In this document: positions 39,105-53,894 of the stretch, one piece after another
Position numbering within the stretch: position 1 is the stretch's first letter
Layout: each line of letters opens with the position of its first letter
Source: Eledone cirrhosa
Lineage: Eukaryota
NCBI GenBank assembly: GCA_964016885.1
Contig: OZ024746.1
Span: 28,334,001 to 28,398,000, forward strand
Length of the DNA stretch: 64,000 nucleotides
Direction: 5' to 3'
Made by a program: the position numbers and the translations under genes
The notes under the pieces: generated by a model
The model's input: the letters and a program-made list of their open reading frames with translations, nothing else
Database searches by the model: none
Told to the model about the DNA's origin: nothing

Positions 39105-40580
39105 TCTCTGATGTTCCTTGCAGTAATTTGTGGTTAGTAATATGACTGTGGTGTTCTCAATATCATCATCACTTTTATCCCTGTTTCTAGCAGTGATATG
39201 AGGTTGGTAACATGACTGTGGTGTTCACCTCAATCTCATCATCACCCTCATCTCTGATGTTTCTTGGAGGGATTTCATGACTGTTGTGTTCTCTTCAATA
39301 TCATCATCATTCTTATCTCTTATTTCTGATCTTTCATGCAATGATTTGATGTTGGTGACACGACTGTGATATTATCCTCAATCTCATCATCACCCTCACC
39401 TCTGAAGTTTCTTGTAGTGATACGAGGTTGGTAACTTGACTGTGGTGGTCTCCTTAATATCACCATCACCCTCATCTCTGAAGTTTCTTGTAGTGATTTG
39501 AGGTTGGTAACTTGACTGTGATATTCTCCTTAATCTCATCATCACCCTCACCTCTGAAGTTTCTTGTAGTGATACGAGGTTGGTAACTTGACTGTGGTGG
39601 TCTCCTTAATATCACCATCACCCTCATCTCTGAAGTTTCTTGTAGTGATTTGAGGTTGGTAACTTGACTGTGATATTCTCCTTAATCTCATCATCACCCT
39701 CACCTCTGAAGTTTCTTGTAGTGATACGAGGTTGGTAACTTGACTGTGGTGGTCTCCTTAATATCACCATCACCCTCATCTCTGAAGTTTCTTGTAGTGA
39801 TTTGAGGTTGGTAACTTGACTGTGATATTCTCCTTAATCTCATCATCACCCTCATCTCTGAAGTTTCTTGTAGTGATACGAGGTTGGTAACCTGACTGTA
39901 GTGTTCTCCTTAATATCACCGTCACCCTCACCTCTGAAGTTTCTTGTAGTGATACGAGGTTGGTAACTTGACTGTGGTGGTCTCCTTAATATCATCGTCA
40001 CCTCATCTCTGAAGTTTCTTGTAGTGATACGAGGCTGGTAACATGACTGTGGTGTTCTCCTTAATATCACCATCAGCCTAATCTCTGAAGTTTCTTGTAG
40101 TGATACGAGGTTGGTAACTTGACTGTGATATTCTCCTCAATCTCATATCACCCTCACCTCTGAAGTTTCTTGTAGTGATACGAGGTTGGTAACTTGACTG
40201 TGGTGTTCTCCTTAATATCACCATCACCCTCATCTCTGAAGTTTCTTGTAGTGATACGAGGTTGGTAACTTGACTGTGATATTCTCCTCAATCTCATATC
40301 ACCCTCACCTCTGAAGTTTCTTGTAGTGATACGAGGTTGGTAACTTGACTGTGGTGTTCTCCTTAATATCACCATCACCCTCACCTCTGAAGTTTCTTGT
40401 AGTGATACGAGGTTGGTAACATGATTGTGGTGTTCTCCTTAATATCACCATCAGCCTAATCTCTGATGTTTCCTGTAGTAATATTAGGTTGGTAACTTGA
40501 CTGTGGTGTTCTCTTCGTTGCCATCATCACTTTTATCTCTGGTGTTTCTTGGTGTGATTTGAGGTTCGTAGCATGATTTT
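39105..40580. repeat. 76-bp satellite, ~19 copies, with alternating A/B variants
   Basis: TCTGAAGTTTCTTGTAGTGAT(AC/TT)GAGGTTGGTAACTTGACTGTG... recurs at 39401, 39477, 39553 and 39629. Degenerate at both edges. Confidence 0.95.
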
Positions 40581-40589
40581 GGTGTACAC

Positions 40590-40930
40590 AACATGGTCAA
40601 ATCGTTAAGATGTTTCATTCGGAATTATCATGTCCTCGGTTCGATCCCACTACCTAGCAGCATCTTGAGCAAATGTCAATTACTATTGCCGCGGTTCGAA
40701 GCATGCCTTCTGACTAAAATTGGGCAGACGGATATTGTTTGGAAGTCCGTCAGATGGACTGTACCTGTAATTCAAAGGACTAGCCTTATCACACACTTTG
40801 TAACGTTGAATCTCCCTGACAGTTACGTTAAAGGTGCACTTGTCTGTGGAGTGCTCAGTCACTTGTTCTTAAACTTTAGAAACATTATCCGAACATATGT
40901 AGCACTCATCGTCAAAACGACGGATATCCC
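40590..40930 (+). mobile_element. Decayed tRNA-derived SINE family 3
   Basis: TGGTCAAATCGTTAAG (A-box-like), GGTTCGATCCC (B box), then CTTGAGCAAATGTC...CAGACGGA...GGAAGTCCGTC. Related copies at 47395-47550 and 59600-59900 (minus). Confidence 0.6.
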
Positions 40931-41574
40931 TTCTTTCCAACAGGTGATGAGATACGATGTTTGTCTCCAACCTAATCAACATTTCTCTTATCTCAGTTGT
41001 TTGTTGGAGTGACATGTTGTTAGCAGGTCGTTGATAAATTGCTTTCTAAGATATAGATCTAACAACACTTGTATTGATATGATTGACACTGATATCTTTG
41101 TCAGTGTTGGTGACATTTAACACTGACAAATATTTGTAAGTTAGGCCGAGAAATATTCTCAGAAGTAATAAATGTGTTTTTCAAATAGAAATTATTTTTG
41201 TGATGCAGAACGTTTAACAGCATCTAAATAAATAAACAAATTAAGAAGACTCACCCGATGTTAGGAAATATAACTGGAAATTAGAAAAGCAAACAAATAA
41301 CAACAAAGCAATTAGTAAACAAAAATACAACAACACTTTCCTATAAAAATCTCTTTCATGTGGAAACAAGATTTGCAAATCAAATACGAAATAACGTGCA
41401 CTTAAAATAATTGAGAATAACATTAGAATGAGGAATCTTTATTTAAAAGACAGCTAACTATAGATAAGCAAGTTGAGATAGAATTGAGTTGCTGAGGTGA
41501 GGATAAAAGAAGATGGCAAGGGGGAAGAAATAAAACATTTAAAGAAGAGGTTATAGAGTTAAAAAAGCATCCAG

Positions 41575-43125
41575 TATCAACATCACTACCATCATTAATG
41601 ACATAATCAGTGACAACATCACCATTGATACAACCATCAACACTAACCTCTACATCACTGCCATTATAGATGACATCCTCGGGGGCCATCAACAGCATCA
41701 TCTACACCACCATCAACACCAGCATCAACACCATCACCATCAACACCACCATCAACACCAACATCAACACCACCATCAACACCACCATCAACACCATCAC
41801 CAACACCACCATCAACACCACCATAAACACCATCACCAACACCACCATCACCACAACCATCAACATCAACACCAACATCAACACCACCATCCACACCACC
41901 ATAATCAGTGACAACATCACCATTGATACAACCATCAACACTAACCCCTACATCACTGCCATTATAGATGACATCCTCGGGGGCCATCAACAGCATCATC
42001 TACACCACCATCAATACCACCATCAACACCACCATCGATACCAGTGTCGAAGCCACCACCAACACCACCATCAATACCAGTGTCCAAACCACCACCAATA
42101 CCAGTGTCCAAACCAGCACCAACACCACCACCAATACCAGTGTCCAAACCACCACCAACACCACCACCAATACCAGTGTCCAAACCACCACCAACACCAC
42201 CACCTATACCAGTGTCCAAACCACCACCAATAGCAGTGTCCAAACCACCACCAACACCACCAACACCACCACCAATACCAGTGTCCAAACCACCACCAAT
42301 ACCAGTGTCCAAACCACCACCAATACCGGTGTCCAAACCACCACCAATACCAGTGTACAAACCACCACCAATACCAGTGTCCAAACCACCACCAACACCA
42401 CCACCAATACCAGTGTCCAAACCCCCATCAATACCAGTGTCCAAACCACCACCAATACCAGTGTCCAAACCACCATCAATACCAGTGTGCAAACCACCAC
42501 CAATACCAGTGTCCAAACCACCACCAATACCAGTGTCCAAACCACCACCAATACCAGTGTCCAAACCACCATCAATACCAGTGTGCAAACCACCACCAAT
42601 ACCAGTGTCCAAACCACCACCAATACCAGTGTCCAAACCACCACCAATACCAGTGTACAAACCACCACCAATACCAGTGTCCAAACCACCACCAACACCA
42701 CCACCAATACCAGTGTCCAAACCCCCACCAATACCAGTGTCCAAACCACCACCAATACCAGTGTCCAAACCACCATCAATACCAGTGTCCAAACCACCAC
42801 CAATACCAGTGTCCAAACCACCACCAATACCAGTGTCCAAACCACCACCAATACCAGTGTCCAAACCACCACCAATACCAGTGTCCAAACCACCATCAAT
42901 ACCAGTGTGCAAACCACCACCAACACCACCACCAATACCAGTGTCCAAACCACCACCAATACCACCACCAATACCAGTGTCCAAACCACCACCAATACCA
43001 GTGTCCAAACCACCACCAACACCACCACCAACACCACCACCAATACCAGTGTCCAAACCACCACCAATACCAGTGTCCAAACCACCACCACCACCACCAC
43101 CAACACCAGTGTCCAAGCCACCATC
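41575..43125. repeat. (ACC/AAC/ATC)-derived low-complexity tract with a 24-bp minisatellite (ACCACCACCAATACCAGTGTCCAA)
   Basis: About 40 units of 24 or 36 bp from ~42035 to 43120. A ~120-bp block is duplicated at a 298-bp offset (41603/41901). Confidence 0.95.
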
Positions 43126-43264
43126 AGTAATACCATACACTATAAACTATCGCAATCAAACATAATGGAATGGCCGAAGACAAGAGAAGAGAAGAGGATG
43201 ATGATGATAATGATGGAGAAAAGAAGAAGAAAAAGAAGTAAAAAAAGGCAGCAGAAGAAGCAAA

Positions 43265-43730
43265 ATAGAAGAAGAAGTAGAAGACAGATGAAGAAGTAGA
43301 ACACAGATGAAGAAGTAGAAGACAGATGAAGAAGTAGAAGACAGATGAAGAAGAAGTAGAAGACAGATGAAGAAGAAGTAGAAGACAGATGAAGAAGTAG
43401 AAGACAGATGAAGAAGTAGAAGACAGATGAAGAAGAAGTAGAAGACAGATGAAGAAGAAGTAGAAGACACATGAAGAAGTAGAAGACAGATGAAGAAGAA
43501 GTAGAAGACAGATGAAGAAGAAGTAGAAGACACATGAAGAAGAAGTAGAAGACAGATGAAGAAGAAGTAGAAGACAGATGAAGTAGAAGACAGATGAAGA
43601 ACTAGAAGACAGATGAAGAAGAAGTAGAAGACAGATGAAGAAGAAGTAGAAGACAGATGAAGAAGAAGGCAAAAAATAAGAGGAAGAGGAAAAGGAAAAG
43701 TAAAGTTGAAGACAGATGAAGAAGTAAAGA
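43265..43730. repeat. 19/22-bp purine-rich minisatellite
   Basis: AGAAGACAGATGAAGAAGT, with or without an extra GAA, in tandem. Confidence 0.95.
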
Positions 43731-44969
43731 AGAAGATGAAGAAATAACGAAAATAGAAGACGAATGTTAAAATAACGATTGTATATTCTTCGACGTGGTT
43801 TCCTCCCCAATAATATATATGGAACCATGTAAACTTAATAACCGCACTGCTGATAGTTATCTCACAAAAGGCAGTGCACTCATCGAAGTTATCAGGTGCA
43901 CATAGGTGCAACATTGCACTGGTAAGGGGGTAGATAGGTGCAAAGCTAAAATAAGTTACCTGGGTAACATCTTAATCAAAGTTTTAAAAAAAATAATATA
44001 ATAAAAGTAGAAGTAAAAATGCCAATAAAATAAAAGTAAAAAGGTAGACAACTCCGTCAATCTGGTGGGGAAGAAAATTGGAGATCGTGTGATAAGCTGA
44101 ATGCTACCAGTTACAAAATAGATTGCGTAATTCCCCAAGATCAGCCAGATTAAGACAATGAAAAACTAATGCAATTTCCAATTTGTTTTAACTCCGTCTT
44201 CTTCCTCACATCCCACCGTATTTCTACATACAACCCACCATCATTTCTAGCCCTCTCCCCCTCTCTCTCTTTCTTCTTACACCTCAACCTCACTATATCC
44301 CCCCCCCCTTCTTACAACACTCCATCGCCTCATTCCCTCTCTCCTTACACCTCAGTATGATCTCTCCCTCCCTCTCTGCAATCCACCATAGTCTCTCTAT
44401 GTCTCTCTTCTTTACACCTGGTTATATTCTCTCCATCCCTCCTTACACCCCCACCAGTGATTCACTCTCTCTCTCTCTCTCCTTACACCCCAGTATATCT
44501 CTCCCTCCACCTCCCTACACCTCAACATATTTATCATACACCCCCACCACCTCTCAACATCTTACTATTCTTGTAACTATCATATTTAATTCTTTCCTTT
44601 TCTTACGTCTCTTATTTCTATGTAGCTTTATTTACTTATCTAAATTATTATTACCACTACCACCACCACCACCACCAACATCATCATCATCATCATCATC
44701 ATCGACATCACCATCATCATCACCGTCACTATCACCAACAACACAATCCTCCTCCTCCTCCCCCTCCCCCCCTCCTCCTCCTCCTCCTCCTCATCATCAT
44801 CACTACCATCACCTTCACCATCATCATCACCATCATCACTACCATCACGTTCACCATCACCTTCACCATCACCACCAACACAATCATTATCAACATCACC
44901 ATCATCACAACCCATTACCTATATCATTAGCATCATCATCCCCATCATTATCACTATTACCATCATCAA

Positions 44970-45018
<49 letters not shown>

Positions 45019-45469
45019 GACTGTTTATATATGACTGTAAGTCTCCATGGGACGAAATTCCATTAAAACTGGTACGTCGCTAAGTGAACTTATTATATTT
45101 AGCCAAATAATTTAATTTTAACAATCACTAAATAACACTTATATAGTTAAACATATTCCACAATATAAGTTTATCAGTTCAGGTTATGTTAACTGTTAGT
45201 GTGGCTCTCTATTTACAGGAATAAGTGTATACACACATACACAAACACACACACACACACACATACACACACACACACACACGTACAAACACTCACATAT
45301 TCAGAGACACACACACAGAAACACACACAGGGACATCCACGTACAGTGATAGATACACCTAGAGAGAGAAAAATAAATACACAAGGGCCCCCATAGAGAC
45401 ACACACATAGACACGCACAGATACACATACACAGGAAACAATCAAACACACACGGAGAGAGAGAGAGGG

Positions 45470-45542
<73 letters not shown>

Positions 45543-46439
45543 GTAATTAGTGTTTATATATTTTTGTGAGCAAGTGTATATATTTAACATTATATGTATG
45601 TATATATCTGTGTGTGCGCACGCACCTGTTAGAGAATGTGTATGACGACCTAATATATATATATATATATATATACTAATATACACATATGTATATATAT
45701 GTTATTTATTTATGTATGTTCATCCACGATACAAAAGCACTACTTAATGTTTCAAGGCCCAATACGAGTTTATAACACCTTAGACTTTGACTGGTTTTAG
45801 TGGTGGACTGTATTCTTAATGTTACCGATAGCCAGTCAAAGCATTTTGGATGTTGAAGTTGAAGTCTGATATATTTCTTGGTATATAAATATAGCCCCTA
45901 CATCAGAGAGCAAGTTAGAATCTTTATATTTTACCATTTTTCGTTTTGTATTTAATGGTAATGATCTGTTGATTGGAAGACACAATCAGTCATTGACTCG
46001 GGTTTAAAAATAAAGCATCAGAGTGCAGCTAGTAATCATTAATCATGGTATTTCCATCGCTGGTTAAAACTACCTGACAGCATGCATCGTTCAATGATTT
46101 AAAAGTGTTAATTTTGAAGTGTATATATTTATAAATATCTCCCATCATAATTTTATGTAAGAATCCCCATGAAGGTATGCTCCAAACATGAACTTAAAAA
46201 ATGAGAAAGTTAGTTACATTATTAAATGCCTTCACATTTTTGAATATATTGAAAGTTCTTTGAAGCACACGGGGTTTCTTTCAGTAGAAATATGGTAACG
46301 CAAGGGTTAAAAATGTATAAGATAGTATTTTTTATATAATTTGTGGAAATATTTATTTTCTTTTGATTTCGAATTCTTCTGAATTTTTTTGTTTTTAGAG
46401 AAGAGTGTTTGGAGAAAATACATCTGGTAACTACATTCT

Positions 46440-46825
46440 CTGTTATATACTGTAATACTGTCACGTTAATTCAACACAGTCCTCTAAACTATGTAGTACA
46501 GAATGTGTGTTATACACTGTCCCCTTAACTCTACATAGGCACTACTAAAGTTGTTATAAATTGTCACACATCACCTCACCTCTACATAGGCATTACTGAA
46601 TGTACACTGTTATACACAGTCACACTGTCGCCTTAACTCTACATGGGCAGTACTGAAGGTACACTGTTATACACTGTCACACTGTCGCCTTAACTCTACA
46701 CGGGCAATACTGAAGGTACACTGTTATACACTGTCACACAGTCATTTTAACTCTACATATATAGTAATTAAGGTGTATTATACACTGTCACATTCTCACC
46801 TTAATTCAACTCAGGTAGTACTGGA
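46440..46825. repeat. 57-bp tandem repeat, ~6 copies
   Basis: TTAACTCTAC at 46633, 46690 and 46747; unit contains CTGTTATACACTGTCACACTGTCGCC. Confidence 0.85.
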
Positions 46826-47223
46826 GGTGGTAATGTAGGTAGTGTTTGGAGAAAACATCTTTGACAACTAGTTTTGCTTATTTATAATAAAAAGCAGAGT
46901 ATTGACCAGTCTCTATATTGGATTTATAAGCTGCAATCGATGACAAGATCGAAGTAAGTTTATTGAAAATCGAGAAAATCGAAGAATGGTTTCAGATACT
47001 CAGAGCTCTTTCTTTTACAGGTTTTCATCATGAACCTGTGCCTATTTTGATCACCTCCTTAAAGAGACTTTTCAATCTTATCAATTCCAATACTTATTGA
47101 ATTAACGTCTGATATTCATTCGATCTTCGTTTGTCGAACCGCTAGGTAACTAAACATATACAAATATTAAGTGTAAACAAAATCATGGACATACGTGTAT
47201 ATAATATAATATAGTATAATATA

Positions 47224-47307
<84 letters not shown>

Positions 47308-47341
47308 AATATATATATATATAGAGAGAGAGAGATCCATG

Positions 47342-47390
<49 letters not shown>

Positions 47391-47394
47391 AGAT

Positions 47395-47550
47395 GATGGG
47401 TATCCGCACAATTTTCGTCTACTAAATTACTCCGGCATCAATCAACCGAAACCTATTGTAAAAGACACGTGCCCAAGTTGTCCCACTCAGTGAGATTGAA
47501 CTGAAACCCATGAGTTCGCTAAGAGAACTCATTATCTATACAGTCATGCG
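47395..47550 (-). mobile_element. Decayed SINE family 3 fragment
   Basis: AAAAGACACGTGCCCAAG...CAGTGAGATTGAAC is similar to the reverse complement of 40590-40750. Confidence 0.45.
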
Positions 47551-47817
47551 TAACGGATTAGCATTTGGTTGGGGATGATTGCTTATTCATAATAAAGAAC
47601 AGAACACAGATCAGCGTTTGTATCGGATTCTTTAGTGGCAATCGATTAGAAAATCAAAGAATGATTTCAGATATTGAGAGCACTTTATTTAAAATTATTT
47701 CAGAAAATTAGAAATGTAATTGGTGTTATTATTATTAATTGTTTCTACGTTAAGCACAAGGCCAGCAATTAACCAGTGCATTACTGGTACTTTATTTTGT
47801 TATTATTATACTTTATA

Positions 47818-48008
47818 GCGGTGGATTGGCAGTATCGGTGGAGGGTCGGACGCCATGCTTTCCAGCATAGTTACGTCCCTTTACGATCTGAGTTCAAATC
47901 CCGCCGAGGTTGACTTTGCCTTTTATCCTTACGGGGGTCGATAAAATAAAGTACCAGTAATGCACTTGGTAATTTGCTGGCCTTGTGCCTAAAGTAGAAA
48001 CAATTATT
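47818..48008 (+). mobile_element. SINE family 1 copy with a 15-bp target-site duplication
   Basis: Full SINE flanked by ATTATTATACTTTAT at 47802-47816 and 48003-48017. An inverted 3' fragment of the same family lies at 47737-47798 and an older relative at 48043-48195. Confidence 0.9.
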
Positions 48009-48361
48009 ATACTTTATGGTGTTATTATTATTAATGATTGTTAGGGCGATGTGTTGGCAGCATAGCACCGACGTTAACTTTGCCTTTCAACCTTACGGTG
48101 TCGATGAAATAGAGTACCAGTAATGCACTGAAGTAGATTTAATAGATTTATCCCTCCCTTCAATTGATGGCCTTGTGTCAAATGTAAAAACAATCATCAT
48201 TGGTGGTTGTACTATATTTTATGTGTAGTTTTAATGTTTGGCACATCAAAGGTTGAACGATTTCTACATGTTTACTATTTGAAATAATTCGAAAGAAGCT
48301 TCTTACCTTCTCCTTCGATATCAATGAGGAATGTTTAAGATGTTCCATCAATGGACCAACC

Positions 48362-48718
48362 TGCTTTTTAAATGGAATAGCCTGCTCATAATGTTAGTGT
48401 AAAGTGGCTGAGTATTCCACAACTTATTAATGAAACAGTCTGCTCATAACGTTAGTGTAAAGTGGTTGACTATTCGACAGCTTCTAGATGGAACAGCCTA
48501 CTCATAATGTTAGTGCGAAGTGGCTGAGTATTCCACAACTTATTAATGAAACAGTCTGCTCATAACGTTAGTGTAAAGTGGTTGACTATTCCACAGCTTC
48601 TAGATGGAACAGCCTGCTTATAATGTTAGTGCGAAGTGGCTGAGTATTCCACAACTTCTAAATGCAACAGCCTGCTTCAGATGTTAAAGTGTAAGTGGTT
48701 GAGTATTCAGCAGCTTGT
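48362..48718. repeat. 58-bp tandem repeat, 6 copies, alternating variants
   Basis: CTCATAA..TTAGTG.AAGTGG.TGA.TATTCCACA in 58-bp register (48384, 48442, 48500, 48558, 48616, 48674). Confidence 0.9.
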
Positions 48719-49069
48719 AATGGTTGCAACGAGAACTTTGCTATTTTCAAACAATTCGAATTGAGTTTCTTACTGTATATTACACTCTACATTATACAAT
48801 ATAATACATAATATGCTTTCTTTATTAAATTTATTTATTTATTATTTGCTTAATATACTTCTTACTCTCCAGTATACACAATAATACTCTTAATATTATA
48901 CTCTATATTACACTCTCTAATATACTCTCTATATATTCTATATTATAATCCATGATATATAATAAACTCTTTAATATATTTCTTAGACTATAATATTCTT
49001 GTGAAAATCACAATTTTTTCCTCTGAAACTCTTTGGGGATTTCTCGAAGAATTTTAGTTTTAGTTCTCA

Positions 49070-49400
49070 TTATTAGGTTCTTGCGTTTTCCGATGCAATA
49101 ACAATGTTATATAGCCAGGGAATTATTCCAAATTATTTTCACCTGCAATTTTCTTGACTTTGGAAATTACTAAACAATTCAATCATAAAACTTCATTTTC
49201 AACATCTTGTCATTTTCTTTTTCTTTCAGAAATTTGGTTTATCACCATTAATAATTTTCAATCTTCCTTCTTGATCTCGACAGCAATAAATGGTTTTCTC
49301 CGTTGGGCTATGGTCAACATATGTTTCGGCCATTTCCATGATATTTTGCATAACTTACCACATTCAATTTGCGCAAGAATCCTTTCCACTAGACATTACA
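49070..49400 (-). pseudogene. Possible pogo/Tigger (CENP-B-like HTH) transposase relic
   Basis: Minus-strand fragments LTIAQRRK and ERKRK*QDVENEVL*...KVKKIAGENNLE*FPG...LLHR resemble the Tigger N-terminal HTH region. Very decayed, and no TIRs were confirmed. Confidence 0.3.
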
Positions 49401-50441
49401 GGGGTGAAAACGTGTGATGGGAAACGAAGAAAAAAAAAACTACCGTACCTTCGTTTAAGTAAGCTTTAACATGAAAGTTACTTCATTTTGTTGTACATTA
49501 ATCAGTGATAACTTATAATTACAAATATTTTCCGATGCGGGCTGGAATTATCTTGATGTTGATGTTATTATTATCAACATTATTAGATTCCTACATTCAT
49601 TGCATATAATACAGACTGGATTTGACATCAAGTCAAAGGTACGTCTTGTACCCCAGAACAAATTGTACATATGCATATTTTGGTGATAATCTAGATAATA
49701 TCGATGTTGTTTATTCTGCTGTCCTTATATTCTAAGACCTATTGTGTTATCCTATATCTATTCCCGAAGAAATAGCTTTAAATGTATATTTTATTTTATA
49801 TACATCTACGGTTGGAAATACGAAGAGAAATTAGGAGCTGCTCCAATTTTCTCCTTACCTGCAGGCATCCAAACAAGGACAATGTGAATGCAACTAGTTG
49901 CTTGGGGATTTCCAGAATAAAACTTGGTTAAAATCGATTTTTCGATTTACATTTGACTACTTTAACCAGATAAAAAGATGCGTTGCAAGCCCCAAATACG
50001 AACAACAGCTAGCTGAATATGTGTTATGACTAATCATGTTCTTGATTACAGTACATAATTAGTGATGACACATGATACAGGTATGAGATGACTACAGGTA
50101 TTGTACTTGATTACATTATATGATTAGTCCTGACATATGATACAAGTACAAGACATGATTACAGTCATTGTACTTTCCTTTAGAACTGCAACAGATTTTA
50201 GCAACTAATTTGTCCATGGATAATGTATTAATATCGTTTCTGTACATTGTTCGATAATCTTAGCTACTCTCTGGCCTTTAACGTATATACACCACGCCTA
50301 ATAATACATAGACAGACACTTATACACATACACACACGCAGACACTCACACATACACACACATACACACATACACATACACACACACATATATATATATG
50401 TATATATACACACACACACACACAGACACTCACACATACAC

Positions 50442-50472
<31 letters not shown>

Positions 50473-50521
50473 TATATATATGTGTACACACACACACACA
50501 CACAGACACTCACACATACAC

Positions 50522-50552
<31 letters not shown>

Positions 50553-50563
50553 TATATATGTGT

Positions 50564-50632
<69 letters not shown>

Positions 50633-51365
50633 TACACGGGTGTGTATGATTGTGTATAGAAGATTATATTAATAAAAGGAATTCCAACTTTGCCTGATTT
50701 ACTCGTTTTATTTACAATCCTTTAAAATTTATAATGGTATTAGAATGAAATAGTATGGTAGAATATTAAATGTTAAGTGTTAATTGACCAAGTACTTTCA
50801 TGCTTTCGCAATCTTCAGGTTCATATTGTGTGGTGACAGCCAAGTTTACAATTTTCAATATATATATACACTATATGTATATACATATATACATAAATAT
50901 ACACGCGAATATATATACAAATGTGTGTGTGTGTGTGTGTGTGTATTATTACATAAGAAATTACATAGATGCCAATAGATAGTCTTTTCTTAAATACACC
51001 CAATTGTAAGATATAATAAGAATCACAGTACGGTACGTAATACAGTGTCGTAAGCATTTTTTTTACATTATCATCCATTTCATTTCTCACCGTCGCCAAC
51101 AAAACAAATTTCTTCAAGGAAATTTCCACGTAAGACATCCAAGCGTTAATTTAATTTTCCTTCATGCCGTTGCTCTCAATGTATAGCCGAAAGGTTTCAC
51201 GAGGAAATACCCAGAGGAAATTACTTTTCTTTTAGTTTTGTTTTATCTTGTTTGTTCGTTCGTTTTAAACTGGAAGCCATTAGAATAATAACGTTTCATG
51301 TAATTATGCCCTGCAGCCATTTTATTTGCAATGATGGCGAGGTATTTTTTCCACGGTAGTTGCTG

Positions 51366-51455
<90 letters not shown>

Positions 51456-51990
51456 ATAGTAGTAGTAGAAGTAGTAGTACTACCACCACCACCACCACCA
51501 CCACCACTGCAGCTGCTGCTGCTGTCGTGATAAAAAGAAGAATGTGAGGGAACCCAAGAAATATACAAAAGGGGTAATAAGTAATGTGCAGAGTCCTCCC
51601 CCAACACCCCGGATTTTTTCGCATCAAAGAGAAATTGTGACAAAAAAAAATAACAACATAGTACTATAGTTGTATAAGAGTTGCTTATTCTTCTTCTGCT
51701 TATTATTATTATTATTGTTGCATTTATCTTGCTTTTATTATTATTATTATTATTATTTGATGATATATCATTTGCTGCAAGAGAAATGCAAAGTGGCATG
51801 ATAAGAGAGCGTATGACAACGCTGGTGGGGATACTGTGTTTATTTGTTATTTCTTTTTAAACAGAAAAAGACAAAAAGAAACCCGTATTTTACTTTCAAT
51901 ATCAATAAGCACGAAAATGTCATCTATTTGACCTCACGAATGAAATAATGAAATAATGCACAAGAAGCTACCTTCCCACATACATACACA

Positions 51991-52063
<73 letters not shown>

Positions 52064-52166
52064 AGAGAGAGAGAGAGAGAGAGAGTTAGACGAAATCAAA
52101 TATCGATGCATAAGAATATATATGCATGTATATGTAAATGAATATGTATACTTACATATACGTATA

Positions 52167-52214
<48 letters not shown>

Positions 52215-52309
52215 TATAAATATATATATATATATAGAGATTTATTCATGAATATGAATATACATATCATATGCGTATATATGTACAAAAATATATACAC
52301 ACACATAAT

Positions 52310-52346
<37 letters not shown>

Positions 52347-52368
52347 GATATACGCATATACATGTTCA

Positions 52369-52432
<64 letters not shown>

Positions 52433-52575
52433 TGGGTATATGCATACACATACATATGAATATATATATTTACACACACACACACGTATATATATGATAA
52501 AAAGAGAAACCTGAAAACTTCTTTATCAATGTTTCAAAGGTTTGTGAAATAGGATGTCATGAAGTATATAGAAAC

Positions 52576-53093
<518 letters not shown>

Positions 53094-53359
53094 GAAAATA
53101 GAGAAATTAATGTAAGCAAAATGCCAACAATAATTCAGACAGAGAAGTGACTATATCATCAAGATGAAAACATATTTAATGTAAGATGTGGGAAAACGAA
53201 TACAATCTTAATTTAAAACAAATCAAGAAGAAAAACTTCTTCCTCAGACATTGTGTAAGTTTGGAAAAGAGCAGTATAATCTTAACTCAAAACAAAATCA
53301 AGAAGATATACTTAACCGTCAATTTGGGGAAAACTACAAATGCACTATATAGTCTTAAA

Positions 53360-53426
<67 letters not shown>

Positions 53427-53442
53427 GTACATATATATATAT

Positions 53443-53623
<181 letters not shown>

Positions 53624-53662
53624 TATGTATAGTCTTTTAAGATGGTTCTATGGACATACCTT

Positions 53663-53725
<63 letters not shown>

Positions 53726-53894
53726 TATATAGATAGATTGAGTATAGATTGAGTATATGTTGGTTGTATACCAACACCTCAGTATGCAGGCTGGAGCACT
53801 CGACGAAGTGCGCAGGTTGGTTTGGTTACTCCGGAGTAATGTAAAATAAAGTAAAATAAATAAGTCAAATGTTTAAAATTTAGCTTCGTTTATT

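Noticed and set aside
43124-43914. Hydrophobic repeat ORFs / acidic protein
   Set aside because: The 19/22-bp unit is not a multiple of three, and the plus-strand frames contain stops.
46210-46310. piggyBac-like end (TTAACCCTT on the minus strand)
   Set aside because: Only one terminus is recognisable; no matching TIR was found.
48307-48360. 54-bp minus-strand candidate exon (VGPLMEHLKHSSLISKEK)
   Set aside because: The donor is good, but the acceptor lacks a pyrimidine tract, lies at a tandem-repeat edge, and has no partner exons or recognisable homology.
49852-49925. Minus-strand candidate exon ending CAG|GTAAGG
   Set aside because: Weak acceptor, upstream in-frame stop and no recognisable protein similarity.
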